NCBI GenBank assembly: GCA_965219955.1
Contig: OZ244799.1
Location: 3,232,001 to 3,296,000, forward strand
DNA from: a bacterium
Lineage (GTDB): Bacteria; UBA8248
Direction: 5' to 3'
Length of the DNA stretch: 64,000 bases
In this document: piece by piece, positions 9,710 through 18,300 of the stretch
Numbering within the stretch: position 1 is the stretch's first letter
How the letters are laid out: every line of letters starts with the position of its first letter
Program-made: the position numbers and the translations under genes
The notes under the pieces: model-generated
What the model was told of the DNA's origin: nothing
The model's input: the letters and a program-made list of their open reading frames with translations, nothing else
The model's database searches: none

Positions 9710-11032
9710 CTATCCGGCGAAGTGGTCCAAAGCAGCGAACCCGATACCCATCAGCGCCGCGACGCCCAGGGTTCTCATGAGAGACTGGTGCCGCCACAGG
9801 AGCATGATCGCGCTCACGGCGCCGACGAGCAGAACCCGCCAGTCCAGGGTGTGCCAGACCGGCGCCAGCAGCTTGACCGGGCCGATTTCCACGGTCGGCA
9901 GTTCGGCGAACAGGACGTGCAGGCCGAACCAGATGGAGAGGTTGAGGATGACGCCCACCACCGCCGCCGTGATCGACTCCAGCGCGCCCTTCAGCCTCGG
10001 CTGGGCCGTGAGCTGCTCGATATAGGGCGCGCCCGCGAATATCCACAGGAAACAGGGCGCGAACGTGACCCAGAGCGTGACCAGCGCGCCGGCGATTCCC
10101 ATGCTCACGCCGCCCGCCCGGTAGGCTGCGACGTAGCCGACGAACTCCGTGACCAGTATCAGCGGCCCCGGGGTGGTTTCCGCCAGCCCCAGGCCGTCCA
10201 TCATTTCACCGGCGCTCAACCAGCCCTTATGGGTCACCACGTCCTGCGCCAGGTAGGCGAGCACCGCGTAGGCGCCGCCAAACGTGACCACCGCGAGGCG
10301 GGAGAAGAAATTGCCGATCCGCACCAGAACCTCGTAGCCGCCCAGGGCCGCCAGCAGCAGCACCGGCGTCCACCAGACGGCCATCCATATCGCCACCGTC
10401 CTCACCGTGCCGGATACCGACCCGCCGCCCCGCCCGCTCCCGGTCTCTCCGGCGCTCCCGCCGCCCAGCAGGAAAAATCCGGCCAGGGCGGATGCCAGGA
10501 TGATGAGGGGGAAGGGAGCCGACAGAAAGAAGATGGCCACGAAGGCCAGGCCGGCGATGACCCAGTGCACGGCGGAGTGCAGCGCTCGTTTCGCCACCCT
10601 CAGCAATGCCTCCATCACGATGATGAGAACCGCGCCCTTGATCCCCAGGAACAGCGCGGCCATGACCGGCAGGTGGCCCACGGCCATGTACAGCATCGCC
10701 AGCCCGAGCACCACCAGAGCGCCCGGCACCACGAACAGGAGGCCCGCCAGCAGCCCGCCGGGCACGCCGCGAAGCCGCCACCCCGAGTAGGTGGCGAGCT
10801 GCATGGCCTCGGGGCCGGGCAGCAGCATGCAGAAGCTGAGCGCGCCCAGGAACCTCGGCTCGTCGAGCCACTTCTCCTCCTCCACCAGGATTCGGTGCAT
10901 GACCGCTATCTGCGCCGCCGGGCCGCCGAAGGAGAGTATCCCGACCCGCCAGAATACGGCGAGCATCCGGCGCCATGAGATGTCCGGCTCCAGGCGCGCG
11001 TCGCCGCCTGCGGAGTCTGCGGGGCCCATCAT
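9710..11032 (-). CDS. chrA: Chromate efflux transporter (long-chain CHR family)
   Basis: SFGGPAAQIAVMH, LPGPEAMQLA, TFGGAYAVLAY, ETTPGPLI motifs. Confidence 0.94.
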   Translation of the reverse strand: MMGPADSAGGDARLEPDISWRRMLAVFWRVGILSFGGPAAQIAVMHRILVEEEKWLDEPRFLGALSFCMLLPGPEAMQLATYSGWRLRGVPGGLLAGLLFVVPGALVVLGLAMLYMAVGHLPVMAALFLGIKGAVLIIVMEALLRVAKRALHSAVHWVIAGLAFVAIFFLSAPFPLIILASALAGFFLLGGGSAGETGSGRGGGSVSGTVRTVAIWMAVWWTPVLLLAALGGYEVLVRIGNFFSRLAVVTFGGAYAVLAYLAQDVVTHKGWLSAGEMMDGLGLAETTPGPLILVTEFVGYVAAYRAGGVSMGIAGALVTLWVTFAPCFLWIFAGAPYIEQLTAQPRLKGALESITAAVVGVILNLSIWFGLHVLFAELPTVEIGPVKLLAPVWHTLDWRVLLVGAVSAIMLLWRHQSLMRTLGVAALMGIGFAALDHFAG

Positions 11033-11068
11033 CGTTCTCCCTTCACAGCCGGCGAACCCTTCTTATTC

Positions 11069-11525
11069 GGGGTTGTTGAAAAGGCCTGCAATGCCGGAAT
11101 GACGGCAATCGGATTCCGCCTTGGCGAAGGGAGTGTAGGGGCCGCATACATGCGGCCCGTCGCAGGGCGGCGAAAAACCAGGGACGCATATATGCGTCCC
11201 CTACACACAAACAAATTTCCTCTCCGGGTTTTTCAACAGCCCCACACAAGCGTCCCTTTGCTTATGATCGTCATTCCGGCGAAAGCCGGAATCCATTTTC
11301 GCCTTTGCCTTTTCGCCCCCTCGTTCGGACGTCTTTACTCTCGGGCGGGGAGAAGCGGAATCGAACACAAAAACGAAAGGCGAATTCTCTGGATTCCGCA
11401 TCCGGCCGCCGGGCAACAACAAGGTCTTGGCCGCCCCGCCCGGTAAAAAGTCAAAATGGATTCCGGCTTTCGCCGGAATGACGACGGTGGTCAATTCTGA
11501 GCGAGGAGGACTTTTCCAACAACCC
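11069..11525. repeat. MITE-like unit (11069-11243, GTAG REP pair inside) followed by a second copy of the ~250-bp GTCATTCCGGCG element
   Basis: GGGGTTGTTGAAAA (11069) and TTTTCAACAGCCCC (11230-11243) inverted ends; 11269-11525 aligns along its length with 9126-9377. Confidence 0.88.
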
Positions 11526-11576
11526 TCCAAAGTCCGGCTCGAGGCGACTTCCCGGCGGTCATGCCCCGGCGCGCTG

Positions 11577-12599
11577 CTACTCTGCCGTGCGCTGGAAATG
11601 GGGGAGGACTTCCTCTCCGAGCAGGCGAATCGCGTTCATGATCTTCGCGTGATCGAGGCCCGGAAACTGGATGCGGAAGTGCATCGAGGTCGTTCCGAGT
11701 TCGTCCCGGTATCGTTCGATCTGGCGGATGCAGTCATCCGGCGAACCCAGGATGAAGCGCTGCCTGAGATTTTCCGTGGCTTCGGCGCCCCGCTTCACCG
11801 GCCTGCCCTCGTCGTCCACCAGATGGCCCCAGTCGAGATACTCCTGGTAGTTGTAGAGGATGGGGTCGCACGCCTCCTCCCAGGCCTGCTCGCTCTCCTC
11901 AGCCACGTAGGCTTCGCGCCTCAGGGGGAACTCCACGCCGGACGCGTCCTTCCCCGCCTCGGCCAGGGCGTCGAGATAGACCTGTTTCCGCTCCTTGAGC
12001 AATTTGAGCGGCGTGACCGGATCGGCGAGCCATGCGTCTCCCATGCGCGCGGCGCGGCGGACGGCGGCGGGCAGCTTGGCCCCCACCCAGATGGGCGGGC
12101 ACGGCTTCTGCTCCGGCCGGGGCATGAGGGTGACGTCCTCCATCGGGAAGCAGGGGCCCGGGTGCGTCACGCCCCGCTCCGTCAGCAGCCTGCGAAGGAG
12201 CCCGAGAGCTTCTTCGAAACGGGCGGCGCGATCCTCGAAAGGGACACCAAACGCCGCGAATTCCTCCCGCCTGTAGCCGAGCCCCACCCCAAGCACGAAG
12301 CGGCCCCGGGACATGATGTCCAGTACCGCCGCGTCCTCGGCCACCGCCAGCGGGTGATAGAAGGGAAGAAGGAGGACGCAGGTGCCGATTCGCATCTTCT
12401 CCGTCCGGGTGGCGATGCCGGCGGCGGTCACCATGTTGGAGGGGAAATAGCCGTTGTCCTCCACCATGTGGTGTTCGCTCGTCGTCACCATGTCGAAGCC
12501 GTACCCCTCCGCCAGTTCAATCTGCTCAAGCGAATTGTGATAGGCGCCCACCCAGTCCCCGGTGCGGGACTGGTAGCTGTAGTGCAGGGCGAATTTCAT
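11577..12599 (-). CDS. LLM-class (luciferase-like) flavin-dependent oxidoreductase
   Basis: TSEHH, HPLAVAEDAAVLD, SRGRFVLGVGLGYR, PPIWVG motifs. Confidence 0.92.
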   Translation of the reverse strand: MKFALHYSYQSRTGDWVGAYHNSLEQIELAEGYGFDMVTTSEHHMVEDNGYFPSNMVTAAGIATRTEKMRIGTCVLLLPFYHPLAVAEDAAVLDIMSRGRFVLGVGLGYRREEFAAFGVPFEDRAARFEEALGLLRRLLTERGVTHPGPCFPMEDVTLMPRPEQKPCPPIWVGAKLPAAVRRAARMGDAWLADPVTPLKLLKERKQVYLDALAEAGKDASGVEFPLRREAYVAEESEQAWEEACDPILYNYQEYLDWGHLVDDEGRPVKRGAEATENLRQRFILGSPDDCIRQIERYRDELGTTSMHFRIQFPGLDHAKIMNAIRLLGEEVLPHFQRTAE

Positions 12600-12611
12600 G
12601 GCTCCATCCTC

Positions 12612-14006
12612 CTACAGGACGGCTTCGGGCTTGCCGCGCGGGACGAACTGCCCGTAGCCCGGCTCCTGCACGAGTTCCCCGTCCCGGAGGAGCGGCTTGC
12701 CGCGCAGGAGGCTGAGCTCCAGTTTGCCTTTGAGCTCCCAACCCTCGAATAGCGAGTAGTCGGAGTTCGTGTGCTGCCCCGCCGCCGTCACCCTCGAACT
12801 CCCCTCCGGGTCGACCACGACGAGGTCGGCGTCCGAGCCGACGAGGAGCGCGCCTTTCTGCGGGTAGCAGCCCAGGGCGCGCGCGGGATTCTCGCTCGTG
12901 AGCTGCACGAGGCGCTCGACGGAAATCCTCCCCCGGGCGACGCCCTCGCTGTAGAGAACCGGAAGAAGCGTCTCGATGCCCGGCGCGCCGAAGGGCGATT
13001 CGGTGAAGGGCGGATCGTTCTTCTGCGCCTTCGTGTAGGGGGCGTGGTCGCTCCCGATGAGGCTGATCCATCCTTCCCCGATACCCTTCCAGAGCGCTTC
13101 GATGTCGGCCTCCGCCCGCAACGGAGGCGCCACCTTGGCCGGTGCGCCCATCTCCCGTATGGCATCTCCTGTTAAAGTCAGGTACTGCGGGCAGGTTTCC
13201 ACGACGATGTCCTTGCCGGCGGTGAGCCCGCGACGCGCCTCATCCAGGGCCAGCTCCGCCGTCAAGTGAACGATGTAGAGCGGGCAGCCCGCGAGGTCGG
13301 CCAGGTGGATCGATTTCGCGACCGACTCGGCCTCGAGCTCCGGCGGGCGTGAGAATTCCTGGAAGTCGGCGCCGTCCAGCCCGGCGTCGAACGCCTTGTT
13401 CTCCAGGTAGTCGATGACGGGGCCGTTTTCGGCGTGGACGAGCACCATGCCGCCGTGACGCCCCACGATGTCGAGCGCCGCGTAGAAGTATTCGTCCGGG
13501 ATGCAGCGGCCGCGGCCCCGCTTCTTGTAGCCCATCATGACCTTGAAGGTCGTGACGCCGCCCTCGATGGCCTTGGGGATCTCGGCGAGATACTCGAAAT
13601 CCTCGAATATCCAGGCGTGCAGCGAGAAGTCGACCACGCTCCCCGCTTCGCCCTCCTCGCGGATGCGCCCCAGCGTGGTGAGCATGGTCTCGTTCTCCTC
13701 GCCCGTGGCGAAGACGACCATGGTCGTGACGCCGCCGTGCGCGGCGCTGCGCGCGACGTCGGCGAGGGAATCGATATGGTTGGAGTACGCCCTGCAGTGG
13801 ACGTGGGGGTCGATGACGCCCGGAAGAACGAGCTTGCCCGAGACATCCAGGACCTCTTCGGCGGCCGGCATGCTCTCGGGCGCGCCGATACAGGCGACCC
13901 TCCCGTCCCGGACGCCGAGAGCGGCCTCCTGGCGGCCCTGGCCGGATACGATCGTGCCGCCCCTCACGAGCAGGTCGAGCGGTTTCTGGCGGGTGCTGTC
14001 TGTCAT
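12612..14006 (-). CDS. Dihydropyrimidinase/hydantoinase-family cyclic amidohydrolase
   Basis: LPGVIDPHVH, GGVTT, TFKV (carbamylated Lys), VHAEN, VETCPQYL, GSDHAP. ATG at 14006 is preceded by GGAGG. Confidence 0.9.
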   Translation of the reverse strand: MTDSTRQKPLDLLVRGGTIVSGQGRQEAALGVRDGRVACIGAPESMPAAEEVLDVSGKLVLPGVIDPHVHCRAYSNHIDSLADVARSAAHGGVTTMVVFATGEENETMLTTLGRIREEGEAGSVVDFSLHAWIFEDFEYLAEIPKAIEGGVTTFKVMMGYKKRGRGRCIPDEYFYAALDIVGRHGGMVLVHAENGPVIDYLENKAFDAGLDGADFQEFSRPPELEAESVAKSIHLADLAGCPLYIVHLTAELALDEARRGLTAGKDIVVETCPQYLTLTGDAIREMGAPAKVAPPLRAEADIEALWKGIGEGWISLIGSDHAPYTKAQKNDPPFTESPFGAPGIETLLPVLYSEGVARGRISVERLVQLTSENPARALGCYPQKGALLVGSDADLVVVDPEGSSRVTAAGQHTNSDYSLFEGWELKGKLELSLLRGKPLLRDGELVQEPGYGQFVPRGKPEAVL

Positions 14007-14198
14007 GAAAACCTCCCTTGCGGAGAGCCGCCGGCGCCGGAGCAGGCGGGCGTTTCGCGCCGTTTCCCTCTTTTGTGAGATGACCCGGCGACGAAGCGGC
14101 AATCGAAATTTGATTCTTCAGTTGATGATGAAGGAGCATACCATAAAAGCCACGTGAGTCGCCTGTGAATGGGGAATCGCAGCGGCGGGTCGCATAGA

Positions 14199-14777
14199 GG
14201 GTCGTTGAAAAGCCCCCAGAAATGAATCAACTCCCCCCTTGAGGGTCTGGCTTCCCGAGGGGAAAGCCAGACGATGAGCTAAGGGCGTAAGCCCGCAAGC
14301 GAATCAGTGGGGGGACATGCCACAGAAAAGAGCCCCCCACCGAATCGGCCTTCGCACAAACCGCTCGGCCTCTTCGACTCCCCCTCAGGGGGGGAGTGAA
14401 ATTCAAAAACATGCGTGAAATCCAAAATCGCTTCCCGAGGACTTTTTCAACAACCCCCTCAAGGGGGGAGTGAAATCTGGCGCGCTCCTTCTGTGGACTT
14501 TTTAAACAACCCCTTCGCCCCGAGTAGCGGCCCCGTTCGCCTCACCCTGAGTAGCCGCCGAAGGCGGCGTATCGAAGGGCGAGGAATTCGCGCCGTGGCG
14601 AGAGCAAACACTCATTCATCAATCGCGTTTGACCTTCGATACGGCGCTTGCGCGCCTACTCAGGATGAAGAAGGTGGGGGGCGGAACTTGTCCCGAGCGA
14701 CGTCGAGGGAGCCTGTCCTGAGCCTGTCGAAGGGCCGCTACTCAGGATGAGGCGGAGAGAGGTTTTTCAACAGCCCC
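14199..14777. repeat. Composite repeat mosaic with one left and three right IS-end-like motifs
   Basis: GGGTCGTTGAAAA at 14199; right motifs at 14443, 14499 and 14763. The cargo CTCCCCCCTTGAGGG...GGGGGGAGTGA is largely the reverse complement of 41507-41671; ACCCTGAGTAG pair at about 14544-14668. Confidence 0.87.
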
Positions 14778-14794
14778 TCCCCGGTCGGGTTTGA

Positions 14795-15154
14795 CTACTC
14801 GCTCAGGACCTTGTCGGCCCATTCGACCAGGGCCACGAGGTCCGGCGGCGTCACGAAACGCGCGTTCTTGCCTTCCAGGTCGGCTTCGGTGACCGCACGG
14901 GCCCGCGAACACGCCGTTCATATGTTGACGGGAATCCCGTGTTCTACAGTTCGGGCGAACGTCTCCCGCAGGGGCGGCCAGCCCACGGGCGTCACCGCGT
15001 TCAACACCGCATCCTTCATCAGGCTCACCGCCTCGCCGAGCAGGAACAGCCGCACCTCGTGGCCGGCTTCGGCGAATGCGTTCGCGTGCTGAAAGGCGAA
15101 GGACGCCTTGGTGGACTCGTCCGACCCCCAGGGGCTTTTGATGAGGACTTTCAT
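14795..15154 (-). CDS. DsrE/DsrF-like family protein, probable selenoprotein (in-frame UGA = Sec, UxxC)
   Basis: MKVLIKSPWGSD...FLLGEAV...IPVNI-UGA(14918-14920)-TACSRARAVTEADLEGKNARFVTPPDLVALVEWADKVLSE-TAG. Read-through completes a 119-aa DsrE-like protein; GGGAGG RBS. Confidence 0.85.
14881..14916 (-). promoter_or_regulatory. Putative bacterial SECIS hairpin
   Basis: Immediately 3' of the UGA: CGGC-GUG-UUCG-C-GGGCC[CGUGC]GGUCAC-CGAA-GCCG can fold into a long stem with a GU-containing apical loop (paired by hand). Confidence 0.6.
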
Positions 15155-15390
15155 GCGGCGACCTCCCATGAAAACGAGTGATGGCGACCTGAACGGGCAG
15201 TGGACAGCGGGTTACAAGCGCGAGCCGTCGCGGGTAAAAATAGCACCGCCGGCCGCACGGCGGCAATCGGGGCGGGGATGACAGGAAGCGGATTCTTGAT
15301 TAGGATCATCAAAAAAACGAAAGTGCACATCCGTTTTCACAGATTCGAACGACGCCTTTTGTCTCGGGTCGAAACTCTCTCCGGAAGGAG

Positions 15391-18300
15391 ATGATCATGA
15401 CTCACCACTGGATGAAACTGGCGGCGCTGGCGGCGCTGCTCGCCGTGACCGCGTCCTGCAAAACGATGGATGAAGGCTCCGCTTCCGGGACGACGCCAGC
15501 CCCGGCCGCCGCTGTTGCCACGCGGGCGAAAAGCCCCGTCCCCGCGGGTTGCGCCGGCTGGAATACGAGCGCCTTCTTCAAAACCGCGACGCCCGAGAGG
15601 GTGAGCGCATGCCTCAAGAAGGGCGCCGACCCCAACGCGCGAGACCAATGGAACGATACTCCATTGCACTACGCAGCCCAGTCGAGCGAGAACCCCGCAG
15701 TCGCCGCCGCCCTGCTGGAAGCCGGGGCCGACCCGAACGCGTGGAACAAATTCGGGGGCACTCCTCTTGACTATGCGGCGTATCACGATAACCCCGCCGT
15801 AGCCGCTTTGCTCAGGAAAGCCGCTGTTGCGCCGCAGGCGGGCAAGCCCAGGCCCGCGCCCAAGAAGGCGACCGCCGCAAAGCGCACCGCGCGCGCCGCC
15901 GAGGCGCCGGCGAAAGAACCAAAAGCCGAAGCGAGCCGCGCACCGGCGGCTGCGACCAAAGAAAAGACCGCCGCCGCGAATTGTGGTGGCTGGAACACAC
16001 CCGCCTTTTGGCAAACCGTGACACCGGAGCACGTTGTGGCTTGTCTCAAAGCCGGCGCAGACCCCAACGCGCGGGACGAAAAAGGCTATACCCCCCTGCA
16101 TGAGGCGGCATGGTCGAACGAAAACTCCGCCGTCATCGCCGCATTGCTCAAGGCGGGCGCCGACCCCAACGCGAAGAACAATCTAGGCAATACCCCTCTG
16201 CGCGCAGCGGCCAACAACAAAAACCCCGCCGTCCTCGCCTTGCTCAAGAAAGCCGCCAGGGAGACGGGCGCACAGGGAAGAAAAGCCGAACCTGCACGCG
16301 AGAAAGCGACCGCCGCGAAGAAGATGGTGAGCAGCGACGCGGCCCCGAGCAGGAAGACGCATAAAGCCGCCGCCGCAAATTGCCCGGGCTGGAACACGCG
16401 AACTTTTTTCCTGGACGCGACGCCCGCGCGCGTGAGCGAATGCCTCAAGGCGGGCGAAAGCCCGAACGCGCGCGACCAGTGGCGCACTACCCCCTTGCAC
16501 TGGGTTGCGCTTTACAGCGAACACCCCGCCGTCGCCGCCGCGCTGATCGAAGCAGGCGCGGACCTCAACGCGCGTGACAAATGGGGCAATACTCCCCTGA
16601 ATAGCGCGCTCAAGAACCGCAACCCCGCCGTCGCCTCTTTGCTCAGGAAAGTCGCCGGGAAGACGGGCGTACAGGCAAGAAAAGCCGAACCTGCGCCCGA
16701 GAAAGCGACCGCCGCGAAGAAGATGGTGAGCAGCGACGCGGCCCCGAGCAGGAAGACACATAAAGCCGCCGCCGCAAGTTGCCCGGGATGGAACACGCCG
16801 GACTTCTTCAAAACCGCAACGCCCGAGGAAGTAAACGAATGCATCAAGGCCGGCGCCGACCCCAAGGCGCGCGACGAATGGGGCAGGACCCCCCTGCACC
16901 GGGCGTCGCTCTACAACAAGAACCCCGCCGTCGTCGCCGCATTGCTTAAAGCCGGGGCGGAGCCGAAAACGCCGAACAAATGGGGCTCTACCCCCCTCCA
17001 TAATGCAGCCCGGAACGAGAATCCCGCCGTCGCCGCCGCGTTGCTGGAAGCCGGAGCCGACCCGAACGCGCGGGACAAATACGGCAAGACCCCTATCCAT
17101 TGGGTCAGATATAACGACAACTCCGCCGTCGTCGCATTGCTCAGGAAGGCCGCCGGGGAGTCCCCGCAAGTGAGCAGGCCCGAGCCTGCGCCCGCGAAGG
17201 CGAGCGCTCCAAAGAGCGTGGCGCGCGCCGACGAGGCTCCGGCGAAAGAAACGAAAGCCGTAGCGAGCCGCGCACCGGCGGCTTCGGGCAAAGAAAAAAA
17301 CGCCGACGTGAATTGCACGGGCTGGAACACGCGCGACTTTTTCACGGACGCGACTCCCGAGCACATGAGCGAATGTCTCAAGGCCGGGGCCGACCCGAAC
17401 GCGCGCGGCGAATGGGGCAGGACCCCCCTACATTGGGCGGCGCTTTACAACAAGAACCCCGCAATCGTCGCCAGCTGCGCGGGCTGGAATACGTTGGCCT
17501 TCTTCCAGGCCGCGACGCCCGCGCGCATGAGCGAATGTCTCAAGGCCGGGGCCGACCCGAACGCGCGCGACGAGTGGGATAGGACCCCCCTGCATTGGGC
17601 GGCGCTTTACAACAAGAACCCCGCCGTCGTCGCCGCATTGCTGAAAGCCGGGGCCAATCCGAACGCGCGGGACAGTTTCGGCAAGACTCCTCTCCAAAGG
17701 GCCGGATTGAACGGCAACCCCGCCGTGGCCGCTTTGCTCAATAAAGCCGCCGGCGAGTCCGCGCAAGTGAGCAAGCCCGAGCCTACGCCCGAGAAAGCGA
17801 CCGCCGCGAAGAAGGTGGTGAGCAGCGACGCGGCAGCGAGCAGAAAGACGCATAAAGCCGTCGCCGCACTGCTCAAAGCGGGCGCAGACCCCAATGCGCG
17901 CGACAAACAGGGCAATACCCCCTTGCACACGGCAGCCCGCTGGAACAAGAATCCCGTTGTCGTCGCCACCCTGGTAAAAGCGGGTGCAGACCCCAATGCG
18001 CGCGATAAGCAGGGCGATACCCCCTTGCACGGTGCAGCCCAATCGAACAAGAACTTCCCCGTCGCCGCCGCCCTGCTCAAAGCGGGCGCAGACCTCAACG
18101 CGCGCAATCAATATGACGCTATTCCCTTACACTACTCAGCCTTGAACAAGAACCCCGCTGTCTTCGCCACACTGCTCAAAGCGGGCGCAGACCTCAACGC
18201 GCGCAATAAACGGGGCTATACCCCCTTGCACACGGCAGCCCGCTGGAACAAGAACCCCGCCGCCGCCACCCTGTTAAAAGCGGGCGCAGACCCCAATGCG

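Noticed and set aside
8762-9780. Short ORFs containing VIPAKAGIH / WIPAFAGMT / VGTGLRACP peptides (also near 1874, 11099-11530, 14227-14750, 41657)
   Set aside because: These are translations of the palindromic repeats, not credible genes.
1744-14777. Repeat clusters as CRISPR arrays or integron attC arrays
   Set aside because: There is no constant repeat-spacer period, the intervening segments are themselves repeats, and no cas or integrase gene is present.
14918-15169. DsrE gene as a nonsense pseudogene
   Set aside because: The UGA falls exactly on a conserved Cys position, with an intact downstream frame and hairpin; Sec recoding is the better explanation.
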